A stretch of 64,000 bases of DNA, taken from NCBI GenBank assembly GCA_965204495.1, contig OZ241989.1, positions 1,641,214-1,705,213 of the forward strand, read 5' to 3'. Below, in pieces: positions 7,861-16,562 of the stretch. Positions within the stretch are counted from its first letter, which is position 1. Each line of letters opens with the position of its first letter. The stretch is from Candidatus Hopanoidivoransaceae bacterium. GTDB taxonomy: Bacteria; Actinomycetota; Acidimicrobiia; Acidimicrobiales; Hopanoidiivorantaceae. The translations under genes and the position numbers were made by a program. A model generated the notes under the pieces. It searched no databases, was not told the origin of the DNA, and saw only the letters and a program-made list of their open reading frames with translations.

Positions 7861-9705
7861 TCAGCCGCCTTCGGCTTGGAGGCCGCCTGTTATTCTTAGG
7901 GTGTAGAGGTTGTCGGGGGAGCAGTCCCATTGGCCGGGGGTTTCGGGGTGCTGGCGTTGCCAGGTGTTGGCGGGGGTGGTTGCGGCGGTTTCTTGGGAGG
8001 GTTGGTAGGCGAGCAGGACGAAGCAGTCGGTGGGGATTTTTTGGCCGGGGTTGGAGGGGGGGTGGATGCCGTGGGCGTCCCATTCTTCTATGGTGGAGAC
8101 TGCCTCTAGGACGGCTTCGGTCGTGAGGGGGGCGTCTGCTTCTGGCTGAGTTGCCCGCCTGACTGCTTCTTCAAAGAGACGGGCTGCCGCCCAGGCTGCT
8201 ACGCCTTGCAGGTCGGGGTCGGCGGGCAGGCGGCTGTCGGATCGGCTCAGGAACGAGAGCGTGGTGATGTATTGGGTTAGGTCTCTGTTGAGTTGCGCTT
8301 CTTCTATGGGCAGCAGATGGGTTGCCAGGCGAATGTTGGAGGTGTCGGTTGGCGTCTCGGCGATGGCAGCGGAGAAATCCGAGCGGTTGCAGGTGATGTC
8401 GCAGAGAGCGAATTCCAGACTCAGACGCTCGCGAGGATCGGCGGCATCGTCTTGCGATGTTTCGGGCTCATCGGTCACGGGGCAGTTGAAAGCCGAGATG
8501 GTAGTGCTGTCGGGGGAGGTTTCGGCGGCGGTTGGCTGCTGCTCTTCGCTTTCTTGGCTTCCCTCTTGGTTTTCTGGAACGGTGGAGGTTTCGCCGTCTT
8601 CTGCGACATCTTCAGCAGTTTCTTCGGAGGTGCCGTCGCTGGCGATGTCGCTTTCGCTGGCAGATGTTCCGGTCTCGCCTTCGCTGGCAGTGGTTCCAGC
8701 TTCGTTTTCGCTCTCGGCGTTCTCTTCGCTTCCTTCGTCCTCTTCGCTGCCATCGCCTTCTTCGGTAGCTAGGTCAGCATCTGCCGCATTCTCAGGATCT
8801 CCGCCAGCTAGAAATTGCGCCAGCCAAACTCCGTCCGTCGGCCACAGCAGCGAGCGCACCCCCTGCTCTGCCATCTGGTCGTACATCTCTTGGGGCGCGC
8901 AAATCAGCGAGCTGAGCTGTGTGGTCGGCTCCAGAATGGTCGTGTATCCCTGCGAAAGGGCGGCTTCGATTTTCTTTTCGCCACGGATGATGGAGGTCGG
9001 GAGGTCGTCCAGCAGGATCATGGCAGCGGCATTCACTCCGTCTGGAGCAGCCTCAGCCAGTGTTTGAAGCGGGCCGACTTGGGCTACGGCGGGAGGAGTG
9101 GGGTTGGAAAGAAAAGTCTCGGCACGACCTTGACGCTGCGGGCTGTGGGCGACTGCGGGGAAATCCAGCACGGGGCAGTCTTCGCCGCCGAGCTGCGACA
9201 AGCCTTCATGGTCGAACAGCGCATCGGAACCCACGATGGCGAAGATGTCGCCTTGGCACGCACTAGCGATGGCGTCTTCGTGATTGAAAAGCCCGGTGTC
9301 TATATAGACCACCTCAATTTGCCGCCCGCCCAGCCCGCCGAAGAGGTTGACAGCTTCAGCCCAAGCTGCCACTCCGCCCCACGCCGAGCGAGAACGCCCG
9401 TCGGCGATGCCCCCGGTCTCCACATCGGCGATGACGCCCACCCGAATAGTGGTGTCGGTGACGCCCGGCACCTCGGCGGCAGGGATAGTCGTGCCTGTAG
9501 GGTTGGGAATTGTTGTGGTCGGCGGAGGAGTCTCGCCGTCGGGGAGAGTTGTCGTGGTGGTAGGCGGTGCCGTTGTGGGCGGTGCGGAAGTGGAAGCTGG
9601 CGGCCCTGCCTCCGGGACGACTGGCGTGGTGCAAGCAACGGCTGCTAAACCGAGCACGGCAGCCGGGAACATGCCGAAGAAAAACAACCTGAACTTCACT
9701 GACAT
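7861..9705 (-). CDS. ABC transporter substrate-binding lipoprotein, LivK/type-1 PBP-like, with large acidic insert
   Basis: 614-aa ORF with a lipoprotein-like signal (LGLAAVACTT). It has the PBP1 pattern IRVGVIADVETGG...GGRQIEVVYIDTG, and a ~100-aa E/S/D-rich insertion. Confidence 0.6.
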   Translation of the reverse strand: MSVKFRLFFFGMFPAAVLGLAAVACTTPVVPEAGPPASTSAPPTTAPPTTTTTLPDGETPPPTTTIPNPTGTTIPAAEVPGVTDTTIRVGVIADVETGGIADGRSRSAWGGVAAWAEAVNLFGGLGGRQIEVVYIDTGLFNHEDAIASACQGDIFAIVGSDALFDHEGLSQLGGEDCPVLDFPAVAHSPQRQGRAETFLSNPTPPAVAQVGPLQTLAEAAPDGVNAAAMILLDDLPTSIIRGEKKIEAALSQGYTTILEPTTQLSSLICAPQEMYDQMAEQGVRSLLWPTDGVWLAQFLAGGDPENAADADLATEEGDGSEEDEGSEENAESENEAGTTASEGETGTSASESDIASDGTSEETAEDVAEDGETSTVPENQEGSQESEEQQPTAAETSPDSTTISAFNCPVTDEPETSQDDAADPRERLSLEFALCDITCNRSDFSAAIAETPTDTSNIRLATHLLPIEEAQLNRDLTQYITTLSFLSRSDSRLPADPDLQGVAAWAAARLFEEAVRRATQPEADAPLTTEAVLEAVSTIEEWDAHGIHPPSNPGQKIPTDCFVLLAYQPSQETAATTPANTWQRQHPETPGQWDCSPDNLYTLRITGGLQAEGG

Positions 9706-9848
9706 TGACTTTCCCGCTCGGCATGATCCAAATGTGCCATGCCTTATTTTGCCTCTGTTATCTGCAACTCAAACAAATTCGGGGCCAGGCAAAGCTAGAT
9801 AAGGAGACTGGCGGACTCACGCAAACAAAGGAATTCAAGCGAGTCGAC

Positions 9849-12362
9849 TCACGCAAACAAAGGCCGGTCGCCGATGACTTTTCGCTCTTGCAGACCTTCT
9901 ATGTCTTCGGCAGAATAGCCAAGCTCGGCGAATACCTCTTCGTTGTGCTCGCCGACGGTGGGAGGATGCCGGTTGATCCAAGGCTCAGTATGGCTGGCAT
10001 AGCGGAAAGGCACAGCAGGATAGCCATGCGCTCCAGCAACGGGGTGCTCTATCTCCACGAAAAACCCTCGCTCCCAAAGCAAGCTGTCTCGCCCCACATG
10101 CCTGTCTATCTCTACGACTGCAGCAGGCACTCCCGCTGCCAGCAGCAAGTCGGCGGCTTCTTCGCAGGCGTGCTGCTTAGACCATGCAGAGATTGCCTCG
10201 TCCAGCTCGTCTCGCCGCAGCCATCTATCTTGCCAAGTCGCCAGAGTCGGGTCGCTCGCCAAGCCAGCTTGCCCGATTGCCTGTGCCAAGGCCTGCCATT
10301 GCTGGTCGGTCGCAGCAGAAATTCCGACCCAAGTCTCATGCTCCGAGCAGGGATACACGCCCTGCGGGGCCAAGCCGTAGGAAGAGTTGCCCACTCGCTC
10401 CATCAAAATGTCGGTGGCCGAAAACTCCACCAAAGCTTCTGCGGCCACATTCAAAGCGGCATCAATCATCGCCACCTCCACCAGCTTGCCTTTGCCGCTT
10501 TGACGGCGTTCTTCCAGCGCGAGCAGCACGGCGAAACTGGCATGAAGACCAGCCACCGGGTCGCACGGGCCACGAGGAATCTGCGGCGGTTCGTCGGGAT
10601 AGCCGGTGAGATAAGCCATGCCGCTCATCTGCTCCATAGTCTGGGCGAAACCCGTGTTGTCGCGCCAAGGGCCTGAAAGCCCGAAACCGGGCATCCGCAC
10701 CATGATTAGCTCGGGATTGACCGCGCTCAGATGCTCCCAAGTGAGACCGAAGTTGTCCATGACTCGGGGCGTGTAGTTTTCAATCAGCACATCTGCTGTG
10801 GCGACCAGCTTCTCCAGCACCGCTCTGCCTTCAGGATCGGTGAGATTCAATGTGATAGCACGCTTGTTGGTGTTCACTCCGTGATAGACCATGCCCCACT
10901 CCCACCATTTGTCTTCGGTCGGAGGCTTCACGGAGGCAAAACGCATTCCGTCTGGCCGCTGAGTGGACTCCACCTTGATGATGTCCGCCCCGAGCTGCGC
11001 CAAAGTCTGCCCTGCAATCGGCCCTGCCCACCAGCCGGTGCATTCAATGATTCTTATGCCCTCTAGGGGCAGCGGGGGAGAGACGGACGGCTCAGTGTCA
11101 AGCTTGGTTTCAGACTTGGTTGCAGGATCAGCATCAAGCTTGGTTTCAGACTCGGCCTCAGCATCAGCCCCATCCGAAGCTGCCGCCTTGCGCTTCGCCA
11201 AAGACTCAACATCGGCGACTGTTGCCTCCCCCAACTCAGGCACAGGCTCAAGCTCGGGCATCTCCAAGCCGTGAATCAGATACGGCCGCCTCGGCTGGAT
11301 GAATCCGCCAGACGGGTTCTCCACGAACATGTCCCTGCCTTCAAAGGCTTCAAAAGTCGGCACGATCTCCCCGTTGCCGATAAGCGACACAGGGATGCGC
11401 AGCGAAGAGGCAATGCCGACTATCTCTTCGGTGGTGCGAGCTTTCGTCCAAGCGTGAACACGCTCAAAAAACATATCGCGGGCGGCCCAACGCTCGAACG
11501 GACTGGAAATCACAGGATCGTCCACCCAGTCTTCTGCCCCGATCATCCTCAGAAAATCCTGGAACTGCTGCTGAGCCATCGTGCAGAACCCCACGAAGCC
11601 ATCCGCAGAAGGCTCGATAGACGGCATCTCCAGATTTCTGTGGGGGATTTGCACATCCCAGTTTCCAGACAAGCTCGCCAGCAAGAAGGCATAGATGTTG
11701 GTGGAAATGACGAGACCTTCGTACAAGCTCACATCCACATGCTCGCCGTGCCCGGTGGCTTTAGCTCTCTGCGCGGCTGCCAGCCCGCCGACCGCGCCGC
11801 ATACTCCAGCCATCCACTCGCCGATCCTGCCTCCTGCTTGGACTGGCGGGTTTTCCAGTCTTCCCCGCTTGCCGATGCCGCCGGCACGGGCTTGAAGAGT
11901 GAATTCGGTGGCTGGCTGGCCGGCTTCAGAACTCAGCCTTCCGTAGGGCGAGAAAGAAATCACCACGACATCGGGTCGTTGCTGCTGCAATTCGCTCAGC
12001 AGGCTTTGGGGCAGGCTGTCTTCAATTACGATGTTGGCGATTTCCAGCAGTCGGGCAACGGCAGAGTCGTCTGCGAGAGAATCTGCCGCCCCCACCAGCG
12101 ACCGCTTGCCTGCGTTCAGATATTGGAAGAACGCGCCGTCTGCATCTTGTTGAACTCCAGTTTTCGCATTGCTGGACTTGCCAGATGCCTTGACGTCGGG
12201 CACACTCGCCACGCTCCACCCACGCAAAGCGCATCCCCCTTCTGGCTCCACTTTGACGACATCCGCCCCAGCGTCAGCCAGCATCTTACCCACATACTGC
12301 CCGGCCACCCCCTCGGCGAATTCTGCTGTCAGAAAGTCTTTGAGAATTTTAGTCATCGGCAT
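9849..12362 (-). CDS. Tandem-fused family III (CaiB/BaiF) CoA-transferase, two complete domains
   Basis: 837-aa ORF. Two copies of the CaiB-type N-terminal motif are present (GADVVKVEPEGG and GADIIKVESTQRPDGMR), separated by an acidic repeat linker. Confidence 0.8.
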   Translation of the reverse strand: MPMTKILKDFLTAEFAEGVAGQYVGKMLADAGADVVKVEPEGGCALRGWSVASVPDVKASGKSSNAKTGVQQDADGAFFQYLNAGKRSLVGAADSLADDSAVARLLEIANIVIEDSLPQSLLSELQQQRPDVVVISFSPYGRLSSEAGQPATEFTLQARAGGIGKRGRLENPPVQAGGRIGEWMAGVCGAVGGLAAAQRAKATGHGEHVDVSLYEGLVISTNIYAFLLASLSGNWDVQIPHRNLEMPSIEPSADGFVGFCTMAQQQFQDFLRMIGAEDWVDDPVISSPFERWAARDMFFERVHAWTKARTTEEIVGIASSLRIPVSLIGNGEIVPTFEAFEGRDMFVENPSGGFIQPRRPYLIHGLEMPELEPVPELGEATVADVESLAKRKAAASDGADAEAESETKLDADPATKSETKLDTEPSVSPPLPLEGIRIIECTGWWAGPIAGQTLAQLGADIIKVESTQRPDGMRFASVKPPTEDKWWEWGMVYHGVNTNKRAITLNLTDPEGRAVLEKLVATADVLIENYTPRVMDNFGLTWEHLSAVNPELIMVRMPGFGLSGPWRDNTGFAQTMEQMSGMAYLTGYPDEPPQIPRGPCDPVAGLHASFAVLLALEERRQSGKGKLVEVAMIDAALNVAAEALVEFSATDILMERVGNSSYGLAPQGVYPCSEHETWVGISAATDQQWQALAQAIGQAGLASDPTLATWQDRWLRRDELDEAISAWSKQHACEEAADLLLAAGVPAAVVEIDRHVGRDSLLWERGFFVEIEHPVAGAHGYPAVPFRYASHTEPWINRHPPTVGEHNEEVFAELGYSAEDIEGLQERKVIGDRPLFA

Positions 12363-12369
12363 ACAACTG

Positions 12370-13578
12370 CTAGTTCAGCCTCTGAACAATCATCGCCATT
12401 CCCTGTCCGCCTCCCACGCACATCGTCTCCAGTCCGACTTCGGCATCGGCATCCTCCAAGCCGTTCAGCAAGGTGTTCATTATGCGTGCGCCGGTCATGC
12501 CGAAGGGATGCCCCAAGGCGATAGCCCCGCCGTTCACATTCAGCTTCTCCCAGCTGATGCCCAAGTCGTCAGCCGAAGGCACCACCTGCGCTGCGAAAGC
12601 CTCGTTCAGCTCCACGAGGTCTATGTCGTCAATAGTCATGCTGGCACGCCCCAGTGCCTGGCGCACGGCCCCCACCGGCCCCAGCCCCATGATCTCCGGG
12701 TTGAGCGAAGACACTCCGCTCGCCACTATCCGGGCTATCGGCTTGATGCCCATCTCTGCCGCCTTGGTGTCGCTCATCACCACCACTGCCGCCGCTCCGT
12801 CGTTCAGCGGGCAGGCATTGCCAGCGGTGACGGTGCCTTCAGGTTTGAAGACGGGCTGCAGGTTGGAAAGAGCCTCAATTGTGGTGCCGGCTCGGATGCC
12901 GTCGTCTTTTGACACCGTGCTGCCGTCGGCTAGGGGATAGGGCGTGATCTCTCGTTCAAAAAATCCGCGATCCGAGGCAGCTTCGGCTCGGTTCTGCGAA
13001 AGGCAGGCGAACTCGTCTTGACGCTCACGGCTCACGCTTTTGTGCTCGGCTACATTTTCGGCGGTCTGGCCCATAGCGATGTAGATGTCGGGCAGGCCGT
13101 CAGGCGCAGACCATTCGCCGCCTTCGCCTGTAGTCCGCTCGGCTGAGCGAGCCAAGGCATCGGCGAACAGCCCGTTGTGGGTGCCCTTTGCGCCGTCCGA
13201 CATTCCACTTCCGAAACGGCTTACGCATTCCACCCCGCCCGAGATGAAGCAGTCGCCTTCGCCCGAGCGGATGGCGTGATCTGCCATGCGTATGGTCTGC
13301 AGCGACGAAGAGCAGTAGCGATTGACCGTGACTCCGGGCGTATGCAGCCCTGCCAGCAGACCGGCCACACGGGCGATGTTGTAGCCCTGCTCGCCGGCAG
13401 GCTGAGCGCAGCCCCAGATGACATCTTCCACCAAAGTCGGATCCAGCGAGGGTGCTTTGCTGAGCACATCTTTGATGATGAAAGCCGACATGTCGTCGGG
13501 GCGGACTTCGGTGAGTGAGCCTTTGTACGCTCGGCCTATCGGCGTTCTGGACGCTGCGACTATAACTGCTTCTGGCAT
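12370..13578 (-). CDS. Acetyl-CoA C-acyltransferase (thiolase)
   Basis: 402-aa ORF with the thiolase active-site Cys context NRYCSSSLQ and C-terminal NVNGGAIALGHPFG...CVGGGQG. Confidence 0.9.
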   Translation of the reverse strand: MPEAVIVAASRTPIGRAYKGSLTEVRPDDMSAFIIKDVLSKAPSLDPTLVEDVIWGCAQPAGEQGYNIARVAGLLAGLHTPGVTVNRYCSSSLQTIRMADHAIRSGEGDCFISGGVECVSRFGSGMSDGAKGTHNGLFADALARSAERTTGEGGEWSAPDGLPDIYIAMGQTAENVAEHKSVSRERQDEFACLSQNRAEAASDRGFFEREITPYPLADGSTVSKDDGIRAGTTIEALSNLQPVFKPEGTVTAGNACPLNDGAAAVVVMSDTKAAEMGIKPIARIVASGVSSLNPEIMGLGPVGAVRQALGRASMTIDDIDLVELNEAFAAQVVPSADDLGISWEKLNVNGGAIALGHPFGMTGARIMNTLLNGLEDADAEVGLETMCVGGGQGMAMIVQRLN

Positions 13579-13625
13579 TGGTTTCTCCTTTAGGTTTGTT
13601 TTTCTTAGATTGCTTTTTTAGACAA

Positions 13626-13700
13626 GGCGGGGGACGGCGTGTCTTTTTAGGCGAGTTCGCTTGCGTGTCTGAGCATAAAAAAGATGCGCCGTTGCCCGCC
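13626..13700 (+). repeat. Mosaic palindromic intergenic element, copy E1 (core type A, G-rich arm first)
   Basis: ggcgggggacggcgtgtcttttt-[core A]-aaaaagatgcgccgttgcccgcc. It is nearly the exact reverse complement of the copy at 26522-26595. Confidence 0.85.
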
Positions 13701-13737
13701 GTGCTCTAAGAGCTAAACATAGAGGGCACAAGTAAAG

Positions 13738-15468
13738 CTAGCCGATATCGGGGGTGTAGGTGTGGCTGCCGGAGCGCAGGACGGTGCCGGGGCGGGCTTG
13801 GGTGAACTCGCCGTTGCGCACTATCTCTTCGCCGTTGCAGACCACATGATCCATGCCTACTGCTTTGGCGAAAAGCCTGCCTGAGCCGCCGGGGACATCG
13901 TAGTTCATGCGGATTTCCTCAGAGTCGACGGTGGCTTCGTCAAAGACGATCACATCGGCGTGCCAGCCTTCTTGCAGGCGGCCTCGTTCGCTGATACCGT
14001 AAAGCTGAGCTTGCTCGTCGGTCATAAGCTGAATCGCCTCTTCCAATCCGAGCGCGCCGGCTTCGCGCACGCCTCTGCCCAGCAGATAGGTGCTGTAGTT
14101 GAAGCTGGCCAAGAAGTCCAAGTGGGCGCCTGCGTCGGATGCGCCGATGACGGCACGGCTGTCGCGGATCACATCCACGCGGGCTTTCCAATCTTCGTCG
14201 CTCTCTTTGGCGGCGGGAGTTCCGAAGGAAGTCTGCAGCTCGTCGGCTACCACGATGTCGCAAAGGGCGTCCCAAGGCGACTTGCCTTCTTCTTCGGCGA
14301 TCTCCGACACGAGACGGCCTCTGTATTGCTCGTTCTCAGGCGAAACCGTGTCGTAGATGACCTTGCTCTGCCAGTCGGCGAGACCACGCAACGGACTGGG
14401 CTGCTGAGCCAGCTCGTCCAAGTGCCGGCGGCGTTCCGGGTCTTTCAGCATGGCGATCTTCTCGCCTTTGCTGCCGAACATGTGCGTCTCCCATTCGGGC
14501 AGAGCGTCCAAGCCGAACCCGCTGGCAAAGCAGAGGCGCACGCCCAGATTCACAGGCACTGTGAGAGCCACGACCTTGCCGCCTTTCTCACGGGCCACAT
14601 CGCCGGCATGGAGTTTCTCCACGCAGTCGTCATAGTTGGCTGAGTTCACGAGCATCACATTCCAGTTGAGCTGCCTGCCAGCCGCCGCCGACATATCGGC
14701 CATGAGGTTCAAAGCCCAGTCTTCAAACGGCCCCACGCAGGGGATGAGCTCAAGAGAAGTGCCTTCATAATCACGGCAGACGCCAGCCAAAGCCACAAGC
14801 TCGTCTCTGGATGCATAACGAGAAGGCACCATTGCGCCATCGGCATCATTGTGGGTGCGCGCCCAAGAAGACGAGAACCCAAGCCCGCCGGCTTCAAGCC
14901 CGTCGCGCAGCAGCCGTTCCAGTTCCGCCATCTCTTCGGGTGTAGCTTCACGCTTAGTGGACTCTTCGCCCATCACGACCCTGCGAAGAGCAGAGTGCCC
15001 CACCATGAACCCCGCATTAATTGAGAGCGTGCCCTCCATGCGATCCAAGAATTCGCCGTAGGTAGTCCAATCCCAAGGCACCCCGTCCCGCAGCGGTTCT
15101 AGCGGCATCCCCTCAACCCGTGCCAGCATCCGCATGAGATACTCGCCGTCCGCAGGGTTCTTGGTGGAAGAATCAGGCCCGAGAGGCGCAATAGTAAACC
15201 CGCAGTTGCCGCCGATAACGGTCGTCACGCCGTGAAGCGGCGAAGGGCTGAGTGTCGGATCCCAAAATGCTTGCGCATCATAGTGCGTGTGGATATCCAC
15301 AAAGCCCGGCGCCACGATCTTGCCTTCGGCATCTATCACCTGCACAGCTTCCTCGTCTATGCCGTTGACGGCGACAATCCTGCCGTCCTTGATGCCGACA
15401 TTGGCTTTACGGCGAGCCGCGCCCGTGCCGTCAACCACATCTCCATTGCGAATGAGCATATCTAACAT
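13738..15468 (-). CDS. N-acyl-D-amino-acid deacylase (D-aminoacylase) family amidohydrolase
   Basis: 576-aa ORF. The N-terminus MLIRNGDVVDGTG...GIKDGRIVAV...GFVDIHTHYD is typical of this amidohydrolase family. Confidence 0.75.
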   Translation of the reverse strand: MLDMLIRNGDVVDGTGAARRKANVGIKDGRIVAVNGIDEEAVQVIDAEGKIVAPGFVDIHTHYDAQAFWDPTLSPSPLHGVTTVIGGNCGFTIAPLGPDSSTKNPADGEYLMRMLARVEGMPLEPLRDGVPWDWTTYGEFLDRMEGTLSINAGFMVGHSALRRVVMGEESTKREATPEEMAELERLLRDGLEAGGLGFSSSWARTHNDADGAMVPSRYASRDELVALAGVCRDYEGTSLELIPCVGPFEDWALNLMADMSAAAGRQLNWNVMLVNSANYDDCVEKLHAGDVAREKGGKVVALTVPVNLGVRLCFASGFGLDALPEWETHMFGSKGEKIAMLKDPERRRHLDELAQQPSPLRGLADWQSKVIYDTVSPENEQYRGRLVSEIAEEEGKSPWDALCDIVVADELQTSFGTPAAKESDEDWKARVDVIRDSRAVIGASDAGAHLDFLASFNYSTYLLGRGVREAGALGLEEAIQLMTDEQAQLYGISERGRLQEGWHADVIVFDEATVDSEEIRMNYDVPGGSGRLFAKAVGMDHVVCNGEEIVRNGEFTQARPGTVLRSGSHTYTPDIG

Positions 15469-15566
15469 AGCTCAACTCCTTTTGTTGCGAATAATCCCGA
15501 ATTCATAATAGTTGACTTGTCGGCTACTTGCTTGCGGAGTTGGTACTGGTCAGGGTTGTTGCTAGC

Positions 15567-15686
15567 GCAACGGCGGGCAGCGGCGCATCTTTTTTTGGCT
15601 GAACCTTACCCTTTTGTTAGCCAAGTTTTTTCGCTAAACCAGACACGCCAAAAAAAGACACACCGCCCCCCGCCTCACCTTGGAGT
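15567..15686 (-). repeat. Mosaic palindromic intergenic element, copy E2 (core type C, reverse orientation)
   Basis: ggcgggcagcggcgcatcttttttt-[core C]-aaaaaaagacacaccgccccccgcc, plus a conserved flank tcaccttggag. Confidence 0.85.
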
Positions 15687-15689
15687 CAC

Positions 15690-16334
15690 CTAGCTAGGGC
15701 ATAGCTTTTCCATGAACGACCACGACTGTCGGTGTATCGGGGTCGGACCGAGTTGTCGCAGAGCTTCTTTGTGCTTGGGGCTGGGGTAGCCTTTGTTGCT
15801 GGCGAAGTCGTATTTGGGGTAGCTCTCTGCAAGACGTCGCATGAGCCGGTCGCGAGTTACCTTCGCTATCACTGAAGCAGCCGCAATGGAAAGGCAGCAC
15901 CTGTCGCCGCCAACAACGGTCTGCACTCTGCCTGTCTGCACGAAATCCCAGCGGCCGTCTAGCAGTAAATAGTCGGGGGGATCTGTCAGCCCGTTCAAGG
16001 CTCGGTGTGCTGCTCGCCGCTGGGCTTCAGACATCCCGAATTCATCGCACTCTTGCGGCAGTGCGTGCCCTACCGACCAATCCAAGCACCATGCCAGTAT
16101 CCGCCCGTAAAGCTTCTCCCGCTCCGCCTCAGAAAGCATCTTGGAATCCCGCACCCTATTGATGCGCCTGTCTGGAGGCACCACAACCACCCCCACCGAT
16201 ACCGGCCCCGCCCAAGCTCCCCTCCCCACCTCATCACACCCCCCCACCATCCCAAACCCCGCCTGCCACAGCTTCCTTTCCTCCCCCAGCCGGGGAATCT
16301 CATCCTCCCCCCGTCGGGAAATCTGATGTTTCAT
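15690..16334 (-). CDS. rnhB: Ribonuclease HII
   Basis: 214-aa ORF with GCDEVGRGAWAGPV and the C-terminal GYPS..H pattern. Confidence 0.9.
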   Translation of the reverse strand: MKHQISRRGEDEIPRLGEERKLWQAGFGMVGGCDEVGRGAWAGPVSVGVVVVPPDRRINRVRDSKMLSEAEREKLYGRILAWCLDWSVGHALPQECDEFGMSEAQRRAAHRALNGLTDPPDYLLLDGRWDFVQTGRVQTVVGGDRCCLSIAAASVIAKVTRDRLMRRLAESYPKYDFASNKGYPSPKHKEALRQLGPTPIHRQSWSFMEKLCPS

Positions 16335-16427
16335 AGATTCAAAAATCCCTTCAAAAACCCTTTACACAAACCTCGCGCCAAACTCCAGAAACCACCCACT
16401 CAGCGACTTTACACAAAAATCCAGTTA

Positions 16428-16531
16428 GGCGGGGGACGGCATGTCTTTTTTGGGCGTATTGCGGTCAAATCCCAGACCCACTAAGAAACCGGGTAGCACC
16501 GTAGCCCAAAAAAGATATGCCGTTGCCCGCC
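16428..16531 (+). repeat. Mosaic palindromic intergenic element, copy E3 (core type B)
   Basis: ggcgggggacggcatgtctttttt-[core B: gggcgtattgcgg...gggtagcaccgtagccc]-aaaaaagatatgccgttgcccgcc. Confidence 0.85.
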
Positions 16532-16562
16532 CACCAGCAACCCAGTCCAAAATGAATCACTC

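Noticed and set aside
13626-13700. Interpreting the mosaic elements as ordinary Rho-independent terminators.
   Set aside because: The T-run sits inside the long-range pairing, between arm and core, rather than after a compact GC hairpin. The loops are 30-75 nt and copies occur in both orientations relative to the uniformly minus-strand genes. A terminator or insulator role is still possible, but it is not the simple explanation.
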